Shown here in pieces: positions 21,469 through 30,632 of a stretch of 64,000 bases of DNA (its first letter is position 1; each line of letters starts with the position of its first letter). The stretch comes from a bacterium (lineage in GTDB: Bacteria > UBA8248), in contig CBDCRP010000002.1 in assembly GCA_965221165.1 (NCBI GenBank), positions 832,001 to 896,000 on the forward strand, in the 5' to 3' direction. Below the pieces are notes generated by a model. It was not told the DNA's origin and made no database searches. It worked only from the letters and a program-made list of their open reading frames with translations. Position numbers and translations under genes: made by a program.

Positions 21469-22659
21469 ATGAGTATGCCGCTTGAGGGGATTCGCGTCCT
21501 CGATCTTTCCAGAATTCTGGCGGGCCCATTCTGCGCGATGATGCTCGGCGACATGGGTGCCGAGGTCATCAAAGTCGAAAACCCCGTCGGCGGGGACGAC
21601 ACGCGCGGCTGGCCGCCTTTTTACGAGGGAGGCGAGAGCAGCTATTTCCAGTCCGTGAACAGGAACAAGAAAAGCCTCACGCTCAATCTTAAAGCCGAGG
21701 AGGGAAAAGAGGTTTTAAGGGCGCTCGTCCAGAAATCGGACATCCTCATCCAGAATTTCAGGCCCGGCGCCATCGAGCGGCTCGGCTTCGACTGGGAAAC
21801 CTGCCACGCGCTCAACCCCCGGCTCATCTACGCCGGCGTCTCGGGCTACGGCCAGAGCGGCCCTTCGAGAGCGCGGCCCGCCTACGACATTCTGCTGCAA
21901 GGGGAAGGCGGCCTCATGAGCATCACGGGCGCGGAGGGAGGCGGGGGCTTCAAGACGGGCATCGCCATCGCCGACCTCACCACCGCCATGTTCGCTACCC
22001 AGGGGATTCTGCTCGCCATCATCGCGCGGGAGAAGACGGGAAAGGGCCAATACGTCGACACGGCGATACAGGACGGACAGGCGGCGCTCATGAGTCACGC
22101 CGCGGGAAACTACTTCGCCACGGGCGCCCCGCCCGGACGGCTGGGGAACCGCCACCCGAGCATCGCGCCGTACCGGGATTTTCCCTGCTCGGACGGGGAA
22201 CTCATCGTCGCGGCGGCGAACGATTCCTTGTGGCAGAGGTTCGCCCGCGCCATCGACAGGGAAGACCTGGCGGACGACCCCAAATGGGAGAAAAACGCGG
22301 CGCGCGTCGCAGGGCGTGATGAACTCGAAGCGGAAATCGAGCAGACCATGCGGGCCAAAACCCGCGCGGAGTGGGCCGAAATCGTATCGGGCGCCGGGGT
22401 GCCCTGCGGGCCGGTGCGAACAATCGAGGAATTGTGCGCCGACCCGCAGATCCACCACCGCGAGATGGTCGTCGAGATGGAGCACGCGAGAACCGGCGTC
22501 CTGAAGGTGATGGGCAACCCCATGAAGCTCTCGGATACGCCCGGCGAACTCCGCATGCCCCCTCCCCTGCTGGGTGAGCACACCGAAGAAATTCTCTCCG
22601 GCCTGCTCGGCAAGTCGGGTGGAGAGATCGCCGCGTTAAAAGAAAAGGGCGTCGCGTAG
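21469..22659 (+). CDS. CaiB/BaiF (family III) CoA transferase
   Basis: LDLSRILAGP, GAEVIKVE, NRNKKS, NFRPG, PPLLGEHT. Confidence 0.93.
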   Translation: MSMPLEGIRVLDLSRILAGPFCAMMLGDMGAEVIKVENPVGGDDTRGWPPFYEGGESSYFQSVNRNKKSLTLNLKAEEGKEVLRALVQKSDILIQNFRPGAIERLGFDWETCHALNPRLIYAGVSGYGQSGPSRARPAYDILLQGEGGLMSITGAEGGGGFKTGIAIADLTTAMFATQGILLAIIAREKTGKGQYVDTAIQDGQAALMSHAAGNYFATGAPPGRLGNRHPSIAPYRDFPCSDGELIVAAANDSLWQRFARAIDREDLADDPKWEKNAARVAGRDELEAEIEQTMRAKTRAEWAEIVSGAGVPCGPVRTIEELCADPQIHHREMVVEMEHARTGVLKVMGNPMKLSDTPGELRMPPPLLGEHTEEILSGLLGKSGGEIAALKEKGVA

Positions 22660-22753
22660 CGTTCATGGCGGGACGCGCCTTGTCAGACATGGCGCTCGCC
22701 GATAGGATGCGGGAGAAATCGTGGACTTTACTCGATAAACACGGAGAAGCGTC

Positions 22754-23755
22754 CTGAGAACGGTCACGTATTCATTCAACTTCACCTTGCCCATCACGAA
22801 CTGGTGCGTGAACCACTGCGGCTATTGCAGTTTTCGCAGCAACGTTCCCATCCTGCTCTCCCTGCACGAGTGCGAACGGCTCGCGAAGCAGGCCTATGCG
22901 CAAGGAGTCGTCGAAGCGCTCGTGATGACGGGAGAGGGCATCGACAGACACAAGGGTCTCATAAACCAGTTGAAAGCCTGGGGGTATGACTCCTACGCCG
23001 CCTACACGGCCGAAGTGTGCAAGATGTGCCTGGATATCGGCCTGCTCCCCCACGCCAACATCGGCACGCTGGAAGAGTGGGAATACGAGATTTTGAAGCC
23101 GTATAACGTCTCGATGGGCATGATGATGGAGACCGTGAGCCCCGAGGCCACGCGGGTCGCCCACCGGACGGCGCCGACGAAAACGCCCGAGGTCAGGCTC
23201 GCCTCCCTCGAGGCGGCGGGAAAACTCGGGGTCGCGTTCACGACGGGGATACTCGTCGGAATCGGGGAATCACCCGCCGAGCGGGTCGAGACGCTTGCGG
23301 CCATCGCCGAGGTGCACCGGCGATACGGGCACATCCAGGAGATTATCTTACAACCCTTGAACCCCCAGCCCATGACGCCCATGGCCAAATGGACCCGGCC
23401 GCCGGATGAGGATATCGCGGCGCTGATCCCCGAGGCGCAAAGGCTCATGCCGGGCGTGCACATCCAGGTTCCACCGAACCTGGTGGATGACCTGCTCGGC
23501 CTCATCATGGCGGGTGCGGACGACATCGGGGGCATCGCGCCCGAGCCGGACCACATCAACCCGAACCGCGGCTGGCCCAAGCTCGGCAACCTGGATCAGT
23601 CCCTTCACCGGGAGGACATATCGCTGCGCCTGCGGATGCCGGTGTACGATGAATTCATCGAGGCGGGCTGGTGTCCGCCCGAAACCCTGCCTGCGCTCCA
23701 CCGGATGCTCGAAAGACGTGAAGCGCAAGAAGCCCTGCCCATGGAGATCGCATGA
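22754..23755 (+). CDS. cofG: FO synthase subunit 1 (radical SAM)
   Basis: VTYS..CVNHCGYC, FTTGILVGIGE, GHIQEIILQ, QVPPNL, DHINP..WP; proposed CTG start at 22754. Confidence 0.9.
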   Translation: MRTVTYSFNFTLPITNWCVNHCGYCSFRSNVPILLSLHECERLAKQAYAQGVVEALVMTGEGIDRHKGLINQLKAWGYDSYAAYTAEVCKMCLDIGLLPHANIGTLEEWEYEILKPYNVSMGMMMETVSPEATRVAHRTAPTKTPEVRLASLEAAGKLGVAFTTGILVGIGESPAERVETLAAIAEVHRRYGHIQEIILQPLNPQPMTPMAKWTRPPDEDIAALIPEAQRLMPGVHIQVPPNLVDDLLGLIMAGADDIGGIAPEPDHINPNRGWPKLGNLDQSLHREDISLRLRMPVYDEFIEAGWCPPETLPALHRMLERREAQEALPMEIA

Positions 23756-25005
23756 ACGCCCTTTACCCTCACGAAATTCTCGACGCCTTCGAGGCGGGCG
23801 AGGAAATCTCGCGCGACGGCGCGACCGCCCTGCTCGCCGAGACGGACAGTGAATTCACCGAGCGCCTTTATGAGGCGGCGAACGCGGAAAGAGAAAAAGC
23901 CGTCGGTGATGAGGTGAGCTACGTCATCAACGCGAACGTGAATTTCACGAACGTGTGCTACACGGATTGCAAATACTGCGGCTTCTGGCGGCGGCCGAAC
24001 GCCCCGGACGCCTATACGCACGACGATGGCGTGTTGCGCGAAAAATTCGAGCGCGCGAGGAATTTCGGCGTGCGTGAAATCTGCATGCAGGGGGGGCTGA
24101 ACCCCCAGATATCGATTGATCGTTACGAGGAGGTGCTCAGGCTCGCCCGCGAGGTCATCCCGGGCGTCCACATGCACGCGTACTCGCCTGCGGAAGTCGA
24201 CCACATCCAGCGAAAAACCAGGCTACCGCTCGAAGTGGTGCTCACACGCCTGAAAGATGCCGGGCTCGGCTCCATCCCCGGAACGGCAGCCGAGATACTC
24301 GTGGAAAGGGTGAAGAAGCTCATCAGCCCGGGGAGAATCCCCGTCGAAAGATGGTGCGAGATCATCCGAACCGCCCATGCCGTGGGCATCCCGACGACGT
24401 CCACCGTCATGTACGGCCACATCGAGAGCAGCGCCGACCTCGCCGAACACATGGACATTTTGAGAAAGATGCAAAAAGACTCCCTCGAAACGAACCGGGA
24501 GGCCCGGTTCACGGAGTTCGTTCCCCTGCCCTTCATCCCGTATGACAACAAGATGGGCGAGGAGTTCGGCATCACGGAGATGGCGGACCTCGATACCATT
24601 TTCAGGCTTCATGCCGTCGCCCGGCTCTTCTTCCGGGGGACGATAGCCAACATTCAGGTGGCGTGGCCCAAAATCGGAATCGACGCCGCCCAGAAGGCGC
24701 TCTCCCTCGGGGTGAACGACCTGGGCGGAACACTGATCGAGGAGAACATCTCCCGTGAGTCGGGTTCTGAATACGGACAGAGCCTGAGCCCCCGGCAGTT
24801 CAACGACGCCATCCTGGGGGCGGGACGCATTCCCGTTCAGCGCACGACCACATACGACATCATTAGAGAAGACGACCCGAGATACCGCCGCCCGCGCCTG
24901 GATGACGAGGCGCTGCTCGGCGCCGGCTTCTCGGGCGGGAGAAAAACGGGCGACTTCATCCCGGAAAATCACCTGGGCGCATTGAACCCGGAGCTCCCTC
25001 GCTAA
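23752..25005 (+). CDS. cofH: FO synthase subunit 2 (radical SAM)
   Basis: NVNFTNVCYTDCKYC, PGTAAEIL, TSTVMYGHIE, FTEFVPLPF, NDLGGTLIEENISR. Confidence 0.92.
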   Translation: MNALYPHEILDAFEAGEEISRDGATALLAETDSEFTERLYEAANAEREKAVGDEVSYVINANVNFTNVCYTDCKYCGFWRRPNAPDAYTHDDGVLREKFERARNFGVREICMQGGLNPQISIDRYEEVLRLAREVIPGVHMHAYSPAEVDHIQRKTRLPLEVVLTRLKDAGLGSIPGTAAEILVERVKKLISPGRIPVERWCEIIRTAHAVGIPTTSTVMYGHIESSADLAEHMDILRKMQKDSLETNREARFTEFVPLPFIPYDNKMGEEFGITEMADLDTIFRLHAVARLFFRGTIANIQVAWPKIGIDAAQKALSLGVNDLGGTLIEENISRESGSEYGQSLSPRQFNDAILGAGRIPVQRTTTYDIIREDDPRYRRPRLDDEALLGAGFSGGRKTGDFIPENHLGALNPELPR

Positions 25006-25024
25006 ACGACCGGAGAGAAAACCC

Positions 25025-26467
25025 TTGAACGAACTTCACCACCCCTCCTTCAAAGACATGATGAACGACGTGGTGGATGCGGGCAGTTGTTGCGAGTGCG
25101 GCAGTTGCGTTCTCGTCTGTCCCCACAACGTCATCGAGTACATCGACGCGAAACCCAAGCAGACGGCCAAGGCGAAAGCCGATTTCGATTATTGCGGCAT
25201 CAGCGAGGGGGTGGGCTGCGACGTATGCGCATCGGTGTGCCCGAGGCTCTGGCCGAGGGAAATCCACTTAAAAGACGCCACCTTCGGAGAGAAGAGAAGC
25301 GAAACGTACGAGGGCATTTTCGGCGCCTACCAGCACATCTTCATGGCGAGAACCAAGCGCGACGACGTGATGGAGCGCGCCCAGGACGGCGGCATCGTCA
25401 CGGCGCTGCTCGCATGGGCGCTCGAGCAAGGCGTCATCGACGGGGCGGTGGTCTCCGCCGTCGGGGAAGACGACCCGCCGTGCGACCCGAGCCCCAAGGT
25501 CGCTACCACCTATGAGGAGATTCGGGCGAGTGCGGGGAGTTGGTACACCTACTGCGCGAACAACCTCGCGCTCGAGGAAGTAAAAGAAAAAGACCTGAAG
25601 AAGGTGGGCTTCGTGGGCGTTCCCTGCCAGATCACGCCGCTGCGCAAAATGGAACTCATCGACCCCGCCTTTCTGGTGTCGCACAAGAAAAGGCCCCAGC
25701 ACATCGATAAACAACGCGGCTTCCTGAGAGGCTTCTCCGAGCGCGTGGCGTTTCAAATCGGCCTGTTCTGCACGGAAGTCTTCACCTTCGACTTGATGAC
25801 CGAAAAAATCGAAAAAGGGCTGGGCATCCCCCTCACGGATGTGGCGAAATTCAACGTGAAGGGCGAGGTGCTCGTCTATAAAAAAGACGGGGAACTCGTC
25901 ACCTTCTCGCTCCAGGAGGCGATGGAGAACTACCAGCGCCCCGAATGCCAGCATTGCGCCGATTTTTCCGCCGAACTCGCGGACATCGCCTGTGGCGGTG
26001 TGGGCACGCGGGGCTGGACTATCGTCGTTTTGCGAACCGAGAAGGGCAAGGAGATCTGGAACGCATTCGAAAAAGAAGGCCTCGTGGAGATTCAGCCGAT
26101 ACAGGAGAACAGGCGGGCCTGGAACATCCTGCACATTCTGGCGCGAAGACAGCACAACCGCGTACCGACGATGGGGCCCAAGAGCGGGACGCCGGCCGGC
26201 CTCCCCCAGTACGATCCCTCCGAGGGCGCCGGCATCGCCGGGCAAAAAATGGTCGATAGCCCCAAAACACCCGAGGAACTAGAAGAATGCCTCGCCACGG
26301 CCTATGGGGAGGAGGCGCGTCCCGACGGCGTGCGCGGCTTCCTCGCGGGCCAGCCGATTCCCGGTGACCCGGGAGCTCCTCCCCCCGGGGAGAAGCGCAA
26401 ACTTCCTCCGCCCCCGAGCCCGGCCCAGGGCGGCGCGCCGCCGGGCTGGGAGGTTTCAGGGTCCTGA
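25025..26467 (+). CDS. F420 hydrogenase/dehydrogenase beta-subunit (FrhB/FpoF-like) protein with ferredoxin domain
   Basis: CCECGSCVLVCP, AQDGGIVTALL, VGVPCQI, IGLFCTE, CQHCADFSAELADIACG. Confidence 0.88.
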   Translation: MNELHHPSFKDMMNDVVDAGSCCECGSCVLVCPHNVIEYIDAKPKQTAKAKADFDYCGISEGVGCDVCASVCPRLWPREIHLKDATFGEKRSETYEGIFGAYQHIFMARTKRDDVMERAQDGGIVTALLAWALEQGVIDGAVVSAVGEDDPPCDPSPKVATTYEEIRASAGSWYTYCANNLALEEVKEKDLKKVGFVGVPCQITPLRKMELIDPAFLVSHKKRPQHIDKQRGFLRGFSERVAFQIGLFCTEVFTFDLMTEKIEKGLGIPLTDVAKFNVKGEVLVYKKDGELVTFSLQEAMENYQRPECQHCADFSAELADIACGGVGTRGWTIVVLRTEKGKEIWNAFEKEGLVEIQPIQENRRAWNILHILARRQHNRVPTMGPKSGTPAGLPQYDPSEGAGIAGQKMVDSPKTPEELEECLATAYGEEARPDGVRGFLAGQPIPGDPGAPPPGEKRKLPPPPSPAQGGAPPGWEVSGS

Positions 26468-26468
26468 G

Positions 26469-27104
26469 TTGGATACCCCAGATCTTATAGACACAAAACC
26501 AGCGCTCTCCATTCCGCTCGATGAGGCCTTGCGCAAAAGACGCTCCATCCGCCACTTCAACTCCGACCCCGTCCCGATGGAGATACTAAAAACCGCCCTG
26601 TCCGCCGCTTGCCTTGCTCCCAGTCCGCACGGGACGAGTCCCTGGCGGTTTTGCATTCTCGATTCCAAAGAGGCGAAAGAGACCTTAGCTGCCGAGATGG
26701 GGAAAGACTTTCTCCGTGACATGGAGGCCGAAGGCGTTCCCGAAGAAGAGCGGGCGCGCAGGCACCAGGGAAGCATCCGCCTGCTAACCGGCGCGCCCGC
26801 GCTCATCATGGCATCGCTCTCCTTCGCGGACCTGGATAAATACGAGGAGCCAGAAAAACAGGCCAACGAATGGATGATGGCTGAACACAGCCTGGGAGGC
26901 GCTCTGCAAAACCTGATGCTCGCCCTCTCGGCCCAGGGGGTAGGCTCCGTGTGGCGCTGCGCTCCCTTGTTTTGTCCCGAAACGGCCCGCAAGGCCCTGG
27001 ACTTACCCGCCGACTGGGCGCCAAGGGCCCTCATCGTAGCCGGCTATCCATCGCAGCAGCCCGCCCCCAAAGAATCACTCCAACCGGTGCTGATCGTCCG
27101 ATGA
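26469..27104 (+). CDS. Stand-alone nitroreductase (FbiB C-terminal/FbiE-like)
   Basis: RRSIRHF, APSPHGTSPWRF, QNLMLALSAQGVGSVW; inside the F420 operon; TTG start inferred. Confidence 0.85.
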   Translation: MDTPDLIDTKPALSIPLDEALRKRRSIRHFNSDPVPMEILKTALSAACLAPSPHGTSPWRFCILDSKEAKETLAAEMGKDFLRDMEAEGVPEEERARRHQGSIRLLTGAPALIMASLSFADLDKYEEPEKQANEWMMAEHSLGGALQNLMLALSAQGVGSVWRCAPLFCPETARKALDLPADWAPRALIVAGYPSQQPAPKESLQPVLIVR

Positions 27105-28057
27105 GTTTTTCCGGCCCGGTCGTTGCGCTTGCAGGCGGTGTAGGGGGCGCCAAACTCGCCGTCGGCCTCGCCCATGCGCTCCCCGAGAACAAGCTCACCG
27201 TCGTCGTGAACACGGCGGACGACCTGGTGCTCCACGGCCTGCACATCAGCCCGGACATCGACACCGTGATGTACAACCTGGCGGGCATGTCGAACCCCGA
27301 AACGGGCTGGGGCATCGACGGCGACCGAACGAGCGCCCTCGACCTGCTCGGGCGCTACGGGGGGCCGACCTGGTTCCGGCTGGGCGATCGGGATCTCGCG
27401 ACCCACATCCGGCGAACCCAGCGCCTGGCCGAGGGCGCGCGCCTGACGGAGGTGACGCGCGAACTCGCAGCCTCTCTGGGAATCAAGGCGAACATATTGC
27501 CCATGACGGACTCTTCCATCGCCACCCGGGTGAAGACGCCCGAGGGAGAACTCGAGTTTCAGGATTATTTCGTCGCCAGAGGAACGAGGCCGAGCGTATG
27601 CGGCGTGCGTTTTCAGGGGGCGGATGAGGCGAAAGCCACGCCGGAGGTCATGCGCGCGTTCGATGAGGCGCGCGCCATCGTTTTTTGTCCGTCCAATCCG
27701 ATTGTGAGCATCGGCCCCATTCTCGCGCTCTCGGACATCCACGAGCGGCTCCGCAGCGCTTCCGCGCCGCGCGTGGGGGTGAGCCCCATCATCGGGGGCG
27801 CAGCTTTGCGGGGTCCCGCCGCCGAGATGCTCAGTAGTCTGGGGCATGAGGTGTCGGCCTTGGGGGTAGCCCGGATTCTCGAAGACGTGCTCGACGGGTT
27901 CGTCGTGGACACCGAGGATGAGGCCCTGGTTTCATCCATCGAAGAAATGGGGCTCAGAAGCATCGCGCTGCCCAGCATCATGTCGGACGTTGCTTCCAAG
28001 AAAAAGCTGGCGCAAGGCGTTTTGGCGTTCGCCTCATCGGTGCAAAAGATGGCATAA
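27101..28057 (+). CDS. cofD: 2-phospho-L-lactate/PEP transferase
   Basis: LAGGVGGAKL, VNTADD, PDIDTVMY, WFRLGDRD, FQDYFV, PSNPIVSIGPIL. Confidence 0.95.
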   Translation: MSFSGPVVALAGGVGGAKLAVGLAHALPENKLTVVVNTADDLVLHGLHISPDIDTVMYNLAGMSNPETGWGIDGDRTSALDLLGRYGGPTWFRLGDRDLATHIRRTQRLAEGARLTEVTRELAASLGIKANILPMTDSSIATRVKTPEGELEFQDYFVARGTRPSVCGVRFQGADEAKATPEVMRAFDEARAIVFCPSNPIVSIGPILALSDIHERLRSASAPRVGVSPIIGGAALRGPAAEMLSSLGHEVSALGVARILEDVLDGFVVDTEDEALVSSIEEMGLRSIALPSIMSDVASKKKLAQGVLAFASSVQKMA

Positions 28058-28108
28058 GAAAATTCAGGTATACTCAAAACACATTTTCTCTTGCACACTC
28101 CGGGATGA

Positions 28109-28765
28109 ATGATGAATTTTTCGAGCCATTGCGTCGCCCTGATACCCGTTCGCGATTTTAGAACCGGAAAGTCGAGGCTCTCGCAAACCCTGGATGAGAA
28201 CGCCAGAAATCAACTGGGCCGCTGGATGCTCGAGCGCGTCTTAAAGGCAGTCGGCGCCGCGAACCGCGTCGATGAAATTGCAGTGCTGAGCGATTCCGCC
28301 GAAGTCCTGACCCTGGCCGGGGAATACGGCTCCATCGGCCTGCTCGAAAAATCAGGCGGCCTCAACAACGATCTGGAAATCGGACGCTCGTGGGCGAAAC
28401 AAAAAAATGCCCGCTCTTTATTCATCGTGCATGGAGATTTGCCGTTTTTAACCACCGAAGAGGTGAACGCATTTCTGGAAGGGCGCGAATCGCCGGAAAA
28501 CGTCGAGCGCGAGGTACGCATCGCCAAATCGAAGGACAACGGCACGACCGCTCTGTTCATACAGCCAATCGACGCGATTCCCTTCCTGTTCGGAGAGCAG
28601 AGTTTCGAGAAACACCGCGCCGCCGCGCGAAAGAAGGGCTGTGAGGCGCAATCTTGTGAATCTTTCGGCTTCGCGCACGACATAGACTCTCCCGAGGACC
28701 TGGAATTCCTGCTCTCTCATGAGGGAGAAGCGCCCGGGTGGCTCGCTTCCGCTCCCATGAGATGA
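28109..28765 (+). CDS. cofC: 2-phospho-L-lactate/PEP guanylyltransferase
   Basis: IPVR..GKSRL, GLN, HGDLP, FGEQSFEKH, DIDSPEDL. Confidence 0.9.
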   Translation: MMNFSSHCVALIPVRDFRTGKSRLSQTLDENARNQLGRWMLERVLKAVGAANRVDEIAVLSDSAEVLTLAGEYGSIGLLEKSGGLNNDLEIGRSWAKQKNARSLFIVHGDLPFLTTEEVNAFLEGRESPENVEREVRIAKSKDNGTTALFIQPIDAIPFLFGEQSFEKHRAAARKKGCEAQSCESFGFAHDIDSPEDLEFLLSHEGEAPGWLASAPMR

Positions 28766-29523
28766 ACAGCGTCGAAATCATACCCCTCACCGGGTTGCCG
28801 GAAATTCAGGAAGGGGATGCGTTAGCGCCCCTGATCCTGGCGGCAATTGAGGCGAGCGGCGCGAAAATTCGGGATCGGGACATCCTCGTCCTCGCCCAGA
28901 AGATCATCAGCAAGGCGGAAGGCAGACTCCTGGACTTGAACAGCGTCGAACCATCCCGGGAAGCCCTGATCATTGCGAACCGAGACGGACGCGACCCGAG
29001 GCTGGTGGAGGCGGTGCTACGGGAGTCGAACGAAATCGTCGTCGCCTCAGAGCGCGCACTCATCGTGGAGCACCGCACGGGCGCGGTGTGCGCCCACGCG
29101 GGGATAGACCGCTCGAACGTCGAGGGGGGAGAGGATCAGGTGCTGTTGCTGCCCCGCGACGCCGACCTCTCCGCCCGAAAACTTCATGACGAGGTGAAGC
29201 GCGCGACGAACGCTTCCGTTCCCGTCCTCATCGCCGACACCCAGGGACGCGCCTTTCGCCGGGGCGTCGTCGGCGTGGCGATAGGCTGCGCCGGCCTCGA
29301 ACCCCTGGTGGACTTGAGGGGAGAGAAAGACCGCACGGGCCGCGCTCTCGAGATCACCATACTCGCGCATGCGGACGAAATCGCGGCGGCGGCGAGCCTG
29401 GTGATGGGACAGGACAAGCAGGGGGTTCCCGCCGTCCTGATTCGCGGTCTTGATTATCATGAGGGAAACGCTCCTGCGCGGGCTCTTTACCGCACGAAAG
29501 AAGAAGATCTGTTTCGCCCGTGA
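28762..29523 (+). CDS. cofE: F420-0:gamma-glutamyl ligase
   Basis: KIISKAEGR, AGIDRSN, LLPRDAD, IADTQGRAFRRG, ADEIAAAASLVMG, DLFR. Confidence 0.94.
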   Translation: MNSVEIIPLTGLPEIQEGDALAPLILAAIEASGAKIRDRDILVLAQKIISKAEGRLLDLNSVEPSREALIIANRDGRDPRLVEAVLRESNEIVVASERALIVEHRTGAVCAHAGIDRSNVEGGEDQVLLLPRDADLSARKLHDEVKRATNASVPVLIADTQGRAFRRGVVGVAIGCAGLEPLVDLRGEKDRTGRALEITILAHADEIAAAASLVMGQDKQGVPAVLIRGLDYHEGNAPARALYRTKEEDLFRP

Positions 29524-29553
29524 AACCACGACTCTTGATATGAGGATGCGCCC

Positions 29554-29886
29554 ATGGCCATATTTCACTGGAACGACGTCGAGAATAGACAACTGAACGA
29601 CATCATCCGGGGCAGAATCGTCAAGACGGACAACGTGATGGCGTGCAGGATCACGGCGAGCGCCGGAAAGCCCATCAAAACCCATACCCACGAATTCGAC
29701 CAGATAACCCACATGATTCGCGGAAAACTGAAGTTCCACTCCGGAGACGGGGAGCATCAAGTCGTTCAGGCGGGAGACGTGATGGTGTTCCCGGCGGGCA
29801 CCCCGCACGGAGGCGAAGTTCTCGAAGAAGCGGAATACATCGACATGTTCTCGCCGCCGAATCCGGATTTCCAGTGGGATAAATAG
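29554..29886 (+). CDS. Cupin domain protein
   Basis: HTHEFDQ and GDVMVFPAGTPH cupin motifs. Confidence 0.88.
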   Translation: MAIFHWNDVENRQLNDIIRGRIVKTDNVMACRITASAGKPIKTHTHEFDQITHMIRGKLKFHSGDGEHQVVQAGDVMVFPAGTPHGGEVLEEAEYIDMFSPPNPDFQWDK

Positions 29887-29940
29887 GCTCATCCTACGGC
29901 GCTGAAAACTCCCTCCCTGGGGGATATTCAACGTCCGATC

Positions 29941-29980
29941 AGAAAACCGGCCCTCACAGGATCAGGAGAGCCGGCTTTCT
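29941..29980 (-). terminator. Intrinsic terminator closing the minus-strand tail operon
   Basis: Minus strand AGAAAGCCGGCTCTC...GAGGGCCGGTTTTCT stem (G-U pairs), starting at the stop of ORF 29979. Confidence 0.6.
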
Positions 29981-30179
29981 AGTTCTTGAATCGTTTGAGA
30001 CTCGTGTTTTTCCCCGGCTCCCGTCGGCTCATCCGCTCCAAGGCCAGACCGGCTTCCAGCGCCTCCTGGTTGAAGCGAAACTCCTCCCAGGAACACCGGG
30101 CGAGAAGATGCGGGGGGAGGCCGTAGGTCCTGGCCTGAAAATGAATCATCGCCAGAAGTTCTTTTCTATGCCGCCGGAA
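29979..30179 (-). CDS. Tail assembly chaperone 'T'-like segment, probably reached by frameshift
   Basis: +1 frame overlapping the end of the chaperone ORF; TYGLPPHLL resembles gpT-like segments. Confidence 0.5.
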   Translation of the reverse strand, partial: FRRHRKELLAMIHFQARTYGLPPHLLARCSWEEFRFNQEALEAGLALERMSRREPGKNTSLKRFKN

Positions 30180-30558
30180 ACTTATCGCCTCCCGGCGCGC
30201 CCTCCCCGGAGGCAGGGGCCGAAGCTTCCTCTTGTAAAGACGTGACGGCAGTGAAAATCGCATCCGCATCCGCCGGAGCGAGTTCATGGATGCTGAGTTC
30301 ATCCGGCAGGCAGCGCCCGGGCTCTTTTTCCGTCATCGAGCCGCGCTCGGGAACGAAGCAGCGCCTTAGTATGCAGTGCACCCACTCCCCCGTAAGCGCG
30401 TATCGCTCCTCTTCGCCCGCCGCGCCGTTCGATACGCCTGCGAACAACTTCGGATACGCAGCCATGTCCAGAAGATTGGGCGCGCGGACAAAACCCTTGA
30501 GCCCCGAGGGCAGGGTGATGGGCCTGCGGCCATGGTTTCTGTATTCTGATATTTCCAC
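30166..30558 (-). CDS. Phage tail assembly chaperone (gpG-like)
   Basis: 130 aa directly after the tail tube gene; ITLPSG..VR N-terminus; overlapping downstream frame. Confidence 0.6.
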   Translation of the reverse strand: MEISEYRNHGRRPITLPSGLKGFVRAPNLLDMAAYPKLFAGVSNGAAGEEERYALTGEWVHCILRRCFVPERGSMTEKEPGRCLPDELSIHELAPADADAIFTAVTSLQEEASAPASGEGAPGGDKFPAA

Positions 30559-30632
30559 GATATCTCCCGTTCGGTTTTCTCTGAATCGAGACTTAATTGT
30601 GGGAAAAAAGAATCCGCCCCTTTGAACGGCGG

